Shown: one piece after another, positions 13,487 to 25,948 of the stretch | Layout of the letters: every line of letters begins with the position of its first letter | Numbering within the stretch: the first letter of the stretch is position 1 | Origin: Scenedesmus sp. PABB004 | Taxonomy: Eukaryota | Reading direction: 5' to 3' | Length of the DNA stretch: 64,000 bases | NCBI GenBank assembly: GCA_014905635.1 | Contig: JABVCE010000024.1 | Coordinates: 434,001-498,000, forward strand | The notes under the pieces: generated by a model | Database searches by the model: none | Told to the model about the DNA's origin: nothing | Seen by the model: only the letters and a program-made list of their open reading frames with translations | Position numbers and translations under genes: made by a program

Positions 13487-16134
13487 TCAACCGAGCGTGT
13501 ACTTGCAGCCCGGAGCGCCGGCGCCGAACAGGGCCTCGCAGCGGACCTGCAGCGTGGTGAGCACGACGGCCGAGGAGGTGGAAATGGCATACCTGCGCGG
13601 CGGGGGCGGCGCGGCGCGCCGGTCGGCCCACCAGGCCGCGCGCCCGACCGCGGCCGGCGCGCCCGGCCGAGGCGCGGGCGCGCGCGCCGCGGCTGGGGCG
13701 GGCGGGCGCGCGCGGTGCGCCGCCGCTGCGCTGCGCGCCTTTAGCCCTCGACAAAGTTCTCAATGAGCGCGCCCTGCTCCCAGTCGCCGTTGCCCTGCGC
13801 GGCGCGGCAGCGGCCCGGCAGGCGCGCGTGAGCGCAGCCGGCAGAGACGGGCACGGCGCTGCCGCGCGGCGCGCGACACCTTGTAGATGAGAGGGGTGTG
13901 CAGCCAGTTGCTCATGCCGCGCACGACGGTGAAGGGGATGCGGCGGTTGGCGCCCGAGAGGCCGTTGTAGCGCTGGACAGCCACTACGCGGCGACGCGCG
14001 GCGCGCGGCGGTGAGCGGGCGCGCGCGGCTAGAGAGATGAGCGCAGCTGGGCCACAGGCCGCGCGCCGTGGCCGGACCGCAGCGGCAGGAGCCCTGCCGC
14101 CAGGGCGCGCGGCTGGAGGGGCGGCGGCCGGGCCCGGCGACGCATGCGGCGCGCGTGCTCACTGGACAGGCCGATCGCCTCCATGGCCGAGACCGCGATC
14201 ACGTTGGTCTGGTTGAAGTCGGTGCTGCCAAATGCGGCGTTCATCGTCTCGGCCACGTAAGAACGCGCGACCTGCTCGGCGCAGCGGGTGCGGCGGGCTC
14301 AGCGGGTTGTCGCCGGAGCGGACACGCTAGCACACCCACGCGCTTGCACGACGCGGGGCGCGCGGCGCCGCGGGCACGGCAAGCGTCACTTGCCATCTCC
14401 CAGGGCGCCCCGCTGAAGAAGTACTGGCTGTCTGCATAGCAGAAATAGCGAAAGCGAATCGTTCCAACCGGCGGCGGCGGGGCGGGCGGCGGGCGGGCGC
14501 GGCGGGTCAAAAACGGTGCCACGCACGCTGGCGCCGCCAGCCCGCGCAGTGCACACGCACCGATCTCCATGCACTCCCGGTTGCCCCACACGCGTGGAGC
14601 CGCTGGGGTCGAGGGTTTGCGATGGCGGCGGCACGGCGGAGGGTGGGCGGCAGCGGCGGCATCGCACAGCGCAGCGCGGCGCGCAGCAGTGCGCAGTGGC
14701 AGTGGCAGCAGCGGCAGCGGCTCAGCGTGGTGTGGCTCCCGGTGCCCGCCGCCTGGCAGACCGCGCACCGTTGGGCTTCAGGACGGGATAGTTGATGCCA
14801 GTGCCCTTGGACATCTGCGTCCAGTACTCCTCCTCAAGGCTCTGCGACAGCGTCGGCAGATGAGCAGACGTGTCGCGGAGCGATGAGCGCGGCGCGGCGG
14901 CGGCGTCGCGGCGAGCGCGGCGCGGCGAGCGCGGAGCGACGAGCGCGGCGCGGCAGAGGCGTCGCGGCGAGCGCAGCGCGGCGGCGGCGTCGCGGCGAGC
15001 GCGGCGCGGCGAGCGCGGCGCGGCGCGCGCGCACCTGCAGCACGGCGTTGCGGATGGGCAGCGTGCCGGCCTTGCCTGCGTCGCGCCCGTTGCGCGCAAC
15101 CTCATTGGCCAGGCCATACGTGGCGTTGGGGAACATGCAGACGCCAAAGAGGTCGGACGAGGCGGGGCCGGGCGGGTTCTGCTCGGGGAAGGTGCACTGG
15201 TTGGGGTGCCCCGTCGACGTCTGCTGCCAGCTCGCCTGGCGGCAGTCCCAGTTGACGCTCAGCGGGCTCACGCACACGTCACCGAGCCTGCGGCAGGCGC
15301 GAGCGTGCGTGGGCGCTGGGCACTGGAGGCGGGGGGGCACAGCGCCGGCCGGGTGCACTGACGCGTGCGTGCGCACCGCGTGATCTTGCCGTTGCCGTTG
15401 GCGGCGTTGCAGGAGCCGTTGTTGATCACACCGCCAAGCTGCGGGGACCAGCCGCTGGTGCCGCTGTAGATCACGTCCTTGATGAGCTTGCCGCACTGCT
15501 GCAGCACGTCAAAGATGCACACCGCGGAGGCCATCGGCCCAATGCCTGGCAGCGCGGCGTGGCGTCGGGGCAGCGTCGGGGTGGCGCGGCGCCACGCGTG
15601 CCGCCGAGCCGCGGCGGCGGCTGGCGCGGCGAGCCCGCCGGCGCGCGCCGCGCCGCCGCGCACCGGTGAGCACGACGACGACGTCCTGGCGAAGCAGCTT
15701 GCCGCGGACGACCTCGGGGCACGCCGCCGCCCCGCTCGGCAGCGTGACGTTGTTTTTCAGGTTGGCGAGGTAAAAGGCGGCCTCGGGCGTCGCGCTGAAG
15801 GTGCCGGGGTCGGCCACGAAGAGCGCGGTCGTGCCGGCGGCGAGGCCCAGCCCGCACTCCCTGCGCGGCAGCGGCGGCGGGGTCGGCGGGTGACACCCCG
15901 CGCAAGAGGCGCGATCCCGGCTCAGAGCGGGCCTCTGGACGCATCTGCGGATGGGAAGCACGTGTACGCCGCCCGCCCGGCCTCTGGCGGGCGGCGGCGG
16001 CACGCCGCGACGGCATCTGCATCCCTGCTGGCGCCGCCTCTGCGCGCGCCGCACCTGGCCGCCTGCACGCCCAGCGTGCTCGTGACCATCAGAAGAGCCG
16101 CGACAAGCAGCGGCGAGACGCGCGGCGTGGCCAT
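13487..16134 (-). CDS. Secreted nucleoside phosphorylase-fold (PNP/MTAN/NUP-like) protein, copy 1; in-frame TAA at 13741-13743 (truncated or incipient pseudogene)
   Basis: Signal peptide [25 protein letters not shown]; motifs [40 protein letters not shown]; about 11 exons. Confidence 0.75.
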
Positions 16135-17162
16135 GGCGGCGGGGCGGGGGGCAGACAGTCGGCGGTGGTCTCTGCGTGCTCTGGGGCACGCGTGGGAGCT
16201 GCGCGCGGGGGAAGTGAGCGGCGGGAGACGCGGAGAGCCTCCCGCCTCGGGACCGCCCCGTGGGCCGCATGACGCAACACGTGACCTGCTGCCTCTCACC
16301 CTTCCGCGCCGCTGCGAAGCTCGCCGCCGCAAACAACCCTGGCGGCGATCGAGGGGTGGGCGGGCGCGCGGAGGGGGAACAGTGAGCGGACTTGCATCGC
16401 TTCAGGCAGGCCAGCCGCCCCACATCACGCTGCGCAGCAGCAGCGCCACGTCCGGCGGCCGCCAGCTCGTCACGGGCACGCGCGGCGGCGGCGGTGCCCA
16501 CCTGTCCGGGGGCCGTCTGACCGCGCCAGTCGCTAATCCCAGCAGTGGACAGTCACGCCCATTGACGCCCGCACCGCCGCGGGCGTCAGCGTGAACAGGC
16601 GTGCCCCGGTTGACCGAGCCTGCTCGACTTGGCCAGAGCCTGCCGAGTCGCTCGCACTCCCGTGCTGCCGTGCTGCCATGCTGCTGCCCCACAGCTTCTG
16701 GCCATCGTTGACTCAAGTTACATGACCCGGCCGTGCGCGCGCGCCAGCCGACTGAGCAGCGCGATCACGACCGCGCCGCAGCGCCGGTCACGCAGCTGCC
16801 GGGTTGCATCGCCTCCAGCGGTGGAAGCGCAAACGCGCCACGCGTGCGTGCACAGGCAGCAGGCAAACGGCGCGCGTCGGCGCGCGCCGCGCGCCGCCCA
16901 GGCCCAACGCCGATGCGCGGGGCGGGCGCAAGGGCATATGAAAAAGTGCAAACACCGGCCGACAAACTTGGCATTCAGGAAGCCCAGCCCCTGCATAGGT
17001 GCTGACGAAACCAATCTGAATCAGCCGCCGCAGCACGCGGGGGTGCAATAGCGTGCTGCACGAGAGAGAGAGGGTCCGGGCAGGCGGGGGCAGCGCCCGC
17101 CTCTGGCGTCGGCGCGGCGCGCCCGCATGCAGCCAGCGGCGCGCCGGCGCCTCCGCCGGGCC

Positions 17163-19649
17163 TCAACCGAGCGTGTACTTGCAGCCCGGAGCGCCGGCGC
17201 CAAACTGGGCCTCGCAGCGGACCTGCAGCGTGGTGAGCACGACCGCCGAGGCAGTGGCAATGGCGTAGCTGCGTGGCGCGCGCGTGGCGGGCGGCGGGGG
17301 AGGGAGGGTGGGAAGTCCGTGAGCCGCAGGTGCGTGCATGCGGCTGCTGGGGATTGGGGGCCGGCGCCGCCGCTGCGCGCCTGTAGCCCTCGGCGAAGTT
17401 CTCGACCAGCGCCCCCTCAGCCCACACGCCCTTGCCCTGCGCGGCGCGGCAGCGGCCCGGCAGGCGGGCGTGAGCGCGCCGCGTGTGAGCGCCGCGCGTG
17501 AGCGCCGCGCGTGAGCGCAGCCGGCAGAGACGGGCGCGGCGCTGCCGCGCGGCGCGCCACCTTATAGATGAGCGGCGAGTGCAGCCAGTCGCTCATGCCG
17601 CGCACGACGGTGAAGGGGATGCGGCGGTTGGCGCCCGAGAGGCCGTTGTAGCGCTGGACCGCCACTGCGGCGCAGCGTGCGGCGCAGCGTGCGGCGCAGC
17701 GTGCGGCGCGGCGCGGTGGGTGCACCCGGTCGGCAGCGCGTGGGTACGAATGCGCGGCAGGGCCCTGCCGCCAGGGGCGCAGGTGCATGTGCGACGCCCG
17801 TGACCCGCGCGCTCACTGGACAGGCCGATCGCCTCCATGGCCGAGACTGCGACCACGTTGCTTTGGTTGAAATCAGTGCTGCCAAATGCGGCGTTCATCG
17901 TCTGGGCTATGTACGCGCGCGACACCTGTACGGTGCGGCGGGCGCGGCGGGCGCGGCGGGCGCGGCGGGCGCGGCGGGCGCGGCGGTCAAGCCGGAGCAC
18001 ACACGCTGGCACGCGCACGCGGCGCGGGCACGCGACGCCGCGGGCGCTGCAGGGCGTCCACTTGCCATGTCCCAGGGGGCCCCGCTGAAGAAAAACTGGC
18101 TGTCTGCATAGCAGAAACGTTGAAAGCAGAAGCATTGTTGACCAGCGGCGGCGGGGCGGGCGGCGGGCGGGCGCGGGGGGTCAAAACGGTGGCACCGCGC
18201 ACGCTGGCGCCGCCAGCCCGCGCAGTGCGCACGCACCGATCTCCATGCACTCCCGGTTGCCCCACACACGCGGAGGCGCTGGGGAATGCGACGGCGGCGG
18301 CAGCGCGGCGGAGGGTGGGTGGCGGCGTTGCGGCGCGGGGCGGAACGGTGCGCGGCGGCGCCCACACACCGTTGGGCTTCAAAACGGGATAGGTAAGGTT
18401 GGTGCCCTTGGACATCTGCGTCCAGTACTCCTCCTCAAGGCTCTGCGACAGCGTCGGCAGACGAGCAGAAGTGTCGCGGCGCGGCGAGCGCGGCGCGGCG
18501 AGCGCGGCGCGGCGAGCGCGGCGCGGCGCGCGCGCACCTGCAGCACGGCGTTGCGGATGGGCAGCGTGCCGGCCTTGCCTGCGTCGCGCCCGTTGCGCGC
18601 GACCTCATTGGCCAGGCCATACGTGGCGTTGGGGAACATGCAGACGCCAAAGAGGTCGGACGAGGCGGGGCCGGGCGGGTTCTGCTCGGGGAAGGTGCAC
18701 TGGTTGGGGTGCCCCGTCGACGTCTGCTGCCAGCTCGCCTGGCGGCAGTCCCAGTTGACGCTCAGCGGGCTCACGCACACGTCACCGAGCCTGCGGCAGG
18801 CGCGAGCGTGCGTGGGCGCTGGGCTCGCGGGCGCGGCGCGGGCCGGGGCGTGCGCCGACGCGTGAATGCGCACCGCGTGATCTTGCCGTTGCCGTTGGCG
18901 GCGTTGCAGGAGCCGTTGTTGATCACACCGCCAAGCTGCGAGGACCAGCCGCTGGTGCCGCTGTAGATCACGTCCTTGATGAGCTTGCCGCACTGCTGCA
19001 GCACATCAAATACACACACCGCGGAGGCCATCGGCCCAATGCCTGGCAGCGCGGCGTGGCGTCGGGGCAGCGTCGGGGTGGCGCGGCGCCACGCGTGCCG
19101 CCGAGCCGCGGCGGCGGCTGGCGCGGCGGCTGGTGCAGAGAGCACGGCAACGTGCGCCGCGGCGCACCGGTGAGCACGACGACGGCGTCCTGGCGAAGCA
19201 GCTTGCCGCGGACGACCTGCGGGCACGCCGCCGCCCCGCTCGGCAGCGTGACGTTGTTCTTCAGGTTGGCGAGGTAAAAGGTTGCCTCAGGCGTCGAGCT
19301 GAAGGTGCCGGGGTCGGCCACGAAGAGCGCGGTCGTGCCGGCGGCGAGGCCCAGCCCGCACTCCCTGCGGCGCGCGGGCAGCAGCGGTGGGCGGGTGACA
19401 CCACGCGCAAGAGGCGCGATCCCGGTTCAGAGCGAGCTGCTGGAGGCGTTTGCAGCCGGAGAGCTCCTGGGCGGCTGCCTGCCCGGCCTATGGCGGGCGG
19501 CGGCAATACACCGCCGCCAACGCGTCGGCATCTGCATCCCAGCTGGCCCTGCCTCTGCGAGCGCCGCACCTGGCCGCCTGCACGCCCAGCGTGCTTGTGA
19601 CCATCAGAAGAGCAGCGACAAGCAGCGGCGAGACGCGCGGCGCGGCCAT
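17163..19649 (-). CDS. Secreted nucleoside phosphorylase-fold protein, copy 2 (intact)
   Basis: Near-identical paralog of 13487-16134 with the same intron positions; [50 protein letters not shown]. Confidence 0.78.
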
Positions 19650-20250
19650 CGCGGCGGGGCGAAGCAGTCGCTCGGAGCTCTCTCTGCAGGCGCGCGTGCA
19701 GGAGCTGCGCGCGGCGGAAGGCGAACGGCAGGACCCGCACAGGACCTCGGGCCTGAGCAGCAGGGGGGCCGCTGGGGCAGCACGTGCCTGGGGCTCCAAC
19801 TCTTCCGGCGGCGTTAGCTAAGCTCGCGCCGCGAAAAAGAACCCTGGCTCGGCGCGCCAGCGGAGAGCGGGAGCGGAGAGGTGCACGGTGAGCGGAAGAG
19901 CATTGCAGGCCAGCCGCCCCGCGACCACGCTGCGCAGCCGGCCGCCAGCACGCTGTGCACCACCGCGCGCCGCGCCTCGCAATCTGTCCGGCGGTCTGCC
20001 CGCACCAGTCGCTGCTCCCAGTCATGTTCAGTCACGCCCACAGTGCCGCCGTGAAACACAGCCCCGAGCGCATCCCAGGCCGACCTCACGCGCGCCTCGC
20101 AAGAAAACGCAAGAAAACACATGAGAGCCAAGTCGCTCATGCTGCCCTGCCCACGCAGCAGCTGCTGCCTTGCTGCTGCCCCCGAGTTGCTGTCTTACTG
20201 CTGCTCCCGCCCCCCCCCCTTCTCCAGCTGCTGCCCAGCCGCCGCCGACG

Positions 20251-21209
20251 TCATCGGTCGAGCGGCGGCCGCCGCAGCACGACGAGCACGTCGTTGACCG
20301 CCAGCCGCGCGACGAGCGTGCCGGCGGTGGCCTCAAACCACAGCCACCTGCGCGCGCGGCGCGGCGGGGGCGGGCGCTCGCGGGCGATGGGGCGCGCGCC
20401 GTCGCGCCCGCGCGCGCGCGCGCAAGCGCGCCGCGGCCGCGCCGCCGCCGGCGCGGCGAGCTCGAGGCGCGTCGCGCGCGCACGTCGGCCACGCGCGCGG
20501 CGGCAGCAGCTCGAAGCCGGCCCTGGTGTAGAACGGGACCGTCCGGCTGATGGTGGTGAGGTACACGGCGGCGGCGCGCTGCCCGCCCGCGACGCGCTCG
20601 AGCAGCGCGCGGCCGACGCCGCGGCCCCTGGCGGCGGCGTGGCGGGCGGCGGCGGGCGGCGGCTGCGCTCTGCTGCCGGGGCAGCCCGGGGCGCAGGCTG
20701 CGCGCGCCGTCTCGCGCGGCGCACCGCCCCGCGTCCGGCGCCGCACGCCGCCCCTCGCCGCGCGCCCCGCGCCCCGCGCCGCCCGCGCCGCCCCGCGCCG
20801 CCCCGCGCCAGGCAGCACCTGTGCTCCGGCGCGACGATGAGGGATCGGAACTCAAACGCCGGGCCGCCGTCCGCGTCGGGCGGCGCGGCGTCGAGCTGCG
20901 CAAAGCCCAGCACGCCTCCCCCGGGCTCCGCCTCCGCGACCGTGAAGTTGGCGGCGCTCAGCTTGAGCGGGTTCATGCTGCGGCGGGCGGCGGGGACTCG
21001 GTGATGCTGCGGCGGACGGCTCCGGCTCGGGCGGCGGCGGTGCCGCGAGCGCCGCACCGCTCCGCCAGCAGGCGCTCCCGAATGTACGGCAGGTCGGCGG
21101 CGGTGGCAGCCCGGAAGCTCAGGGCGTGCGTGCGGGCCGCTGCGCGTCGGCGCCAGCTGCTGCTGCCGCTGCTGCCGCCCGCGCGGGCTCTCTGCGCCCC
21201 CAGCTGCAT
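20251..21209 (-). CDS. GNAT-family N-acetyltransferase with a probable organelle transit peptide
   Basis: LSFRAATAADLPYI, VLGFAQL, FRSLIVAPEHR|GRGVGRALL (acetyl-CoA motif A), VYLTT..VPFYTRAGF; 4 exons. Confidence 0.88.
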
Positions 21210-21363
21210 CACGGAACGGCGAGCGCAGCTCGGGCGGCGGGCGTGTGCGGTGTAGCGCTGGCGGGGGCGTCTGGCGCTAGACCGGGCCGCCGCGGCGCGC
21301 GACGGCGGCGCCGAGCCGGACCGCGGGTGCCCGCTCGTTCGACGCGAGCAAGCTAACACCACC

Positions 21364-22209
21364 TCACAGCGGGTGCAGGTGGCAGCCGAGCAGCCCCCGC
21401 CCCTCCCAGCGCCGCGGCGTAAGCGAGAGCGCGAGCGGGCGCCCCGCGCGCAGCAGCTCGACCGACACGCGGCGCCCCTCAACCAGCTCGCTCGCGGCCG
21501 CCGCCAGCTCGCCGCCGCCGGCCGCGACGGCGGCGCCGAAGCGGCAGAGCTGGTCGCCCAGCTGCAGCCCTGCCGCCGCAGCCGGCCCGCCGTCGGCCAG
21601 CTCGTCCACGACGGCAAAGGGCCGCAGCGCCGCACCAGCTGCCGCGGGCGCTGCTGCCGCGGGCGCCGCCGCGCCGTTGGCCGCCGCGACGTTGACCGCG
21701 CCCGCCTCCCTGCGCGCGCGTCGGCGGCGGGCGGCGCTCGGCGGCGCTCTGCGCTGCGCCGCGCGCCCCCGCCGCGCCACTCGCCCCCGCCGCGCCCGCG
21801 CCCCGCGCGCTCCCGCGCCCGCCGGCGCGCCACGCACCGCGCGAGCGCGTGCAGCGCGTGCAGCGCCGCCTCCAGCTGCGCACTCAGGTCCTTGTGGTCG
21901 TTGGCGAGCCGGATCACGGCGCAGCGGTCCGCCCGCGCCGCGGCGACGTCGATGTCGGCGCGCGGGAAGCCCTGCGCGGGCGCGGGCGGCGCGGCGTCTG
22001 TGCCGCGGGGGCGCCCCGGCGCCGCGCCGCGACGCTGCGCCGCCGCGCCGCGGCGCTCCGCCGCCGCGCCGCACCTCCTTGTCGACCAGGCTGCCAGCCA
22101 TGCCCGGCCCGCCCGGCGCGTCGAGCCGCGCGGTGCGCTCCGCGATCTCCGCCTCCACGGCGGCGCGGCGCGCCGAGAGCGCGGCGATCTGGGCCTTGAG
22201 CGCATCCAT
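21364..22209 (-). CDS. PSMD9: 26S proteasome assembly chaperone Nas2/p27 (Nas2_N + PDZ)
   Basis: GMAGSLVDKE|GFPRADIDV..IRLANDHK and PFAVVD..GPAAAAGLQLGD..TPRRWEGRGLLGCHLHPL-TGA. Confidence 0.93.
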   Translation of the reverse strand: MDALKAQIAALSARRAAVEAEIAERTARLDAPGGPGMAGSLVDKEVRRGGGAPRRGGAASRRGAGAPPRHRRRAARARAGLPARRHRRRRGAGGPLRRDPARQRPQGPECAAGGGAARAARARAVRGAPAGAGARGARARRGRVARRGRAAQRRAPPSAARRRRARREAGAVNVAAANGAAAPAAAAPAAAGAALRPFAVVDELADGGPAAAAGLQLGDQLCRFGAAVAAGGGELAAAASELVEGRRVSVELLRAGRPLALSLTPRRWEGRGLLGCHLHPL

Positions 22210-22770
22210 GTTGCTGGCCCGCGGCAGACCCGCGGCGCACGGGCTGCTGCCTGCGGCGCGGGCTGCTGCCTGCGCGCTGCAGGCCGCCGCGTGCGCTGCG
22301 CCTGCGAAGCGGACGAGGCACTGGCGCGGCGGCGTGCGCTCTGCGGGTTGCGGCGCGGCGCGGCGGCGCGGTGCTGCTGCTGCTGCTGCTGCGGCGGCGG
22401 CGGCACGTCAGGGGCTGGATGGAGGTGAGGAGCGGGCAGCGGATGCCAGGCGAGCGTCTGGGCGGCCGCCCCGGCGCTGCGGCTGCTTGGGCCCCGCGCG
22501 TGGTTGTGCCGCCGGCGGCGGCGCCGCGCAGAGCCCTCACGCCCGTGCACTTCCCGCCCCGGCGCAGGCTTGTGGTGGGTCGCCCGCAGGCCGAAAGTGC
22601 TCTCGGCACCGCACCCGGCATTGCCAGCGCGCCCGCCTGCGCCCGCCAGCGCCGCGAGCAGGCCAGCCTCCAGGGGCCTCGCCGGGGCCGGGGCGCCCCG
22701 TGCCGCAACGCCGACGAGCTCTTCGAACGCGTGGCAGCACCCGGAGCATTGACGCAGCCGCACCGGCGCG

Positions 22771-23592
22771 ATGGCAGCCGCTGCCGGGCTCGCCGGCAGC
22801 AGCGGCGCCGCGGCGCGGCTGCCGCCGCCGCTCGCGCGCGGGGACGCGCCGCGGCAGCGCGCCGTGTCAGCCTCGCCTGTCCTTGCGCGGTGGCGCGTCA
22901 GACGCAGCAGCCGGCGCGCGGCGGCGGGCTGGCGCCAGCGCGGCCGCCGGCGGGGCAGCAGCCGGCGCTGCCGCGGCGACGGCGCAGCGTGGCGGCCGCG
23001 GCAGGTGCGGCGGGGCCGCGGGGGGCGGCGTGTGGCGGCCGCGGCGCCGCGCGGCTGCGGGGCGCGCCCGCGCTGCGGCTGCAGGCTGCGCGCCGCCGGC
23101 GCACGCGGACGTCCGCGCGCGCTGCCCGCGGCGCGCGCAGGCCGGCGGCGGCGGCAGACATCGGCCGCGCCCGAGCCGGCAGACGAGGGCGCGCTGGACC
23201 TGGATGACGTGATGTACGGCGGCGACGACGCGCTCGCCGGCGAGGGCGAGCTGCTGGCCCTGGACGACGGCGCGGCGGAGGAGCCGCAGGCGCCCGAGTT
23301 TGGTGCGCCGCGGCGCCGGCGGCGGCGGGCGCGCGGCGGCGCGCCTGACGCCGCGCCCACCGCCACCACGCCGCGGTCGCAGACGAGGAGGACGAGGAGG
23401 AGGAGGAGGAGGAGCACGAATACCTCTTTGGCGATGAGGACGAGGACGAGGAGGCGGCCGACGAGGGTGCGGCGCGCGCCGCCTTGGCCCGCCCGGGCGG
23501 CCTGCCCGGGCGCGGCGCGGCCGCGCTGCCTGGCGCAGCCCCGGCGACGCTGCCCCGGCCCCTGCCACAACAACGCGCGGCGCCCGCCGCCG

Positions 23593-23650
<58 letters not shown>

Positions 23651-24974
23651 TCTGGGCAGGCGAGGCCGAGGACGGCTGGGACGCCGCGCTCGCCGACTTT
23701 GATGCGGCGCAGGACGCGGCGCCGCCGCCGGCGCCGCCGACCAAGGAGGAGCAGGAGCGCGCCGCGGCGCTCGCGCTGGTGCGTGGCGGGCGCCGCGCCG
23801 CGCTGCCGCGCCCGCCGCGCAGCGGGCCCGCGTCTGCGCCAGCGGCCCGCGCGCGCCGAGCAGCGCGCCGAGCGCCCCGCCGTCCTACGCACCCGCCGCC
23901 CGCAACCCCAGGTTCGCTACGACGAGGACGACGCGGAGAGCGGCAGCACGCTGGAGGTCAGCGACGCGCCGCCGCCGCACGACGGGCGGCCAAAGACGTT
24001 TGAGGAGCAGGTGTCGCAGCTCGCGCCCGCCGACCGCGAGGCGCTCGTGAGCAACCGGCAGGCCTACGCGAGCTTCCCCATGGTGCGTTGGTCGGGGGGA
24101 GGCGGGGAGGCAGGGAGGCGGCGGGGAGGCGGTGCAGCCGCGCAGGGCGCCGGTGTCGCTGGCCGCCGGTGCGCGCCGCCCCGCTCCCTCCCCACCTCGC
24201 CTCGCCCTCCTCCCCCGCCCCCCACGCCCCCCCCCTCCCACCCCCAACGCACACTCAACACCCACCCACACACCCACACACACACACTCAACACCCACCC
24301 ACCCACACCCGCCCACGCACCCCCACCCACCCACACACAGGACGACGTCGACCTGCTCGTGCAGGAGCTGCCGGACGGGTGCATGGTGCTCGCCGACGCG
24401 TTCATTCTCAACAGGCGCGGCCAGCCGCCGCTTGCTTCGCGCGCCGCCACGGCCGCTTGCCGCGCCGCCACGACAGCTTGCCGCGCCGCCACGGCCGCTT
24501 GCCGCGCGCTGCGCGCGCCGCCGCTGGCTTCGCGCCGCCGCTTGCTGCGCTCCGCCTCCCCGCGACGCCCTCACTCTCAGCCCTCCCCCTCCCTCTCTCC
24601 CCGCCTCCCCTCCGCGCGCGCGGCGCCCCCGCGCAGGTCGGCGGAGCTCTTCTCGCGCCCGCGGACGTGCCGGACCGCCTCCCGCGCGCGCCCGCGCGCT
24701 ACCAGCTCATCCCCTGGGAGCACACGCGCCTCGGCGACTCGCTCAAGCGCGTCGACACCACCGTCACGGTGCGGCCGACTTGCGCGCCGCGCGCGCGCGG
24801 CGGGCGCGGCCGCGGCGGCGGCGGCGCGCGGCAAGGCGCGGTCCGCGTCTGGGCGCCCGCCTGTCTGCCCCCTCGCTGCCGCCGCCCCGACACACACCCA
24901 CACACTCTCTCTCTCACTCCCTCCCGCACACACTCTATCTCACACACACCCTCTCTCACGCATGCCCTCTCAAC

Positions 24975-25028
<54 letters not shown>

Positions 25029-25948
25029 GCACCCATTCATTCGCCCATCCATCCGCCGCCCCCGCAGCTGATGCGCATGTACTTTGTTCCCGTCGCCCGC
25101 CCCGGCCCCGACTACGCGCTCGACTTTGCCGGCCCCGTCTTCTCCTTTGACGCGGCGCGCCGCGCGTTTGAGGTGCACGACGTGCTGCGCCTCGGCGGCG
25201 CGCAGGGCGGCGCGATGGACGACCCCGTGCTGCGCATCAGGCGCGCGCCGCAGCGCGGCGCGCCGCGCGCTGGCCCGCGCGCCGCCCTGGCCCGCTCGCA
25301 TCGCACGCGGCTCGCGCGCGGCTCATGCGGCTCGCTCGCGGCGCGGGCGGCTCGCTCGCGGCGCGAGCGGCTCGCGCGACGCGCGCTGCCCGCGCACGCT
25401 CCGCGACCGCGCCCTGTCCGCGCACGCGCCGCGACCGCGCCCTCCCGCCCGCGCCCTGTCCGCAGGGAGGACGGCGTGTTTGTGGAGGACAGCTCGATGC
25501 TGCCCAGCAAGGTGCTGGTCGCAGAGGGCTTCATCGGCCACCCCAGCGAGCAGGTGCGGCGGCGGCAGCGCGCGGGGGCCGCACCAGCCGGCGCACGACC
25601 GGCGCTGCGCCCCGCGCCACGCCGCACACCGTCCCCCGGGCACGTGTGCGCGCGCGCGCGCTCCTGACGCGCCCGCCCGCCCGCCGCCCGCAGTACTCCG
25701 ACCAAGACAAGCCGTTCAACATCCGGGACCACGTGCGCATGGGACTCTGGCCCGAGCCCGAGTGCGGGCCGGACGGTCGCGCGCCCGGCGACGCGCCCGG
25801 CGGCGCGGCGGCGCGCGACGACGCTGCTGCGCTCGGGCCGGGCGACGACGGCGGTGACGACGCGGCGCTCGCGGAGCGGCTGGAGGAGCTGGAGCTGATG
25901 GAGGAGCTGGACGACATGCCTGACGTCCCCGCCGTGGACATGGTCTGA
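22771..25948 (+). CDS. Acidic, probably plastid-targeted protein; C-terminal half resembles pTAC6/PAP8 (5' exon structure uncertain)
   Basis: About 10 clean exons; D/E-rich N-terminal region, then VLADAFILNR|..VPDRLPRAPARY..|..PDYALDFAGPVFSFDAARRAFEVHDVL..DDPVLRI|RREDGVF; stop TGA at 25946-25948. The family call is from recall only. Confidence 0.7.
24978..25025. repeat. (CA)n microsatellite in an intron
   Basis: Visible CA run; a similar run lies at about 36940-36988. Confidence 0.9.

Noticed and set aside
13741..13743. TAA reassignment to Tyr
   Set aside because: Single instance; a point mutation or sequencing error is far simpler.
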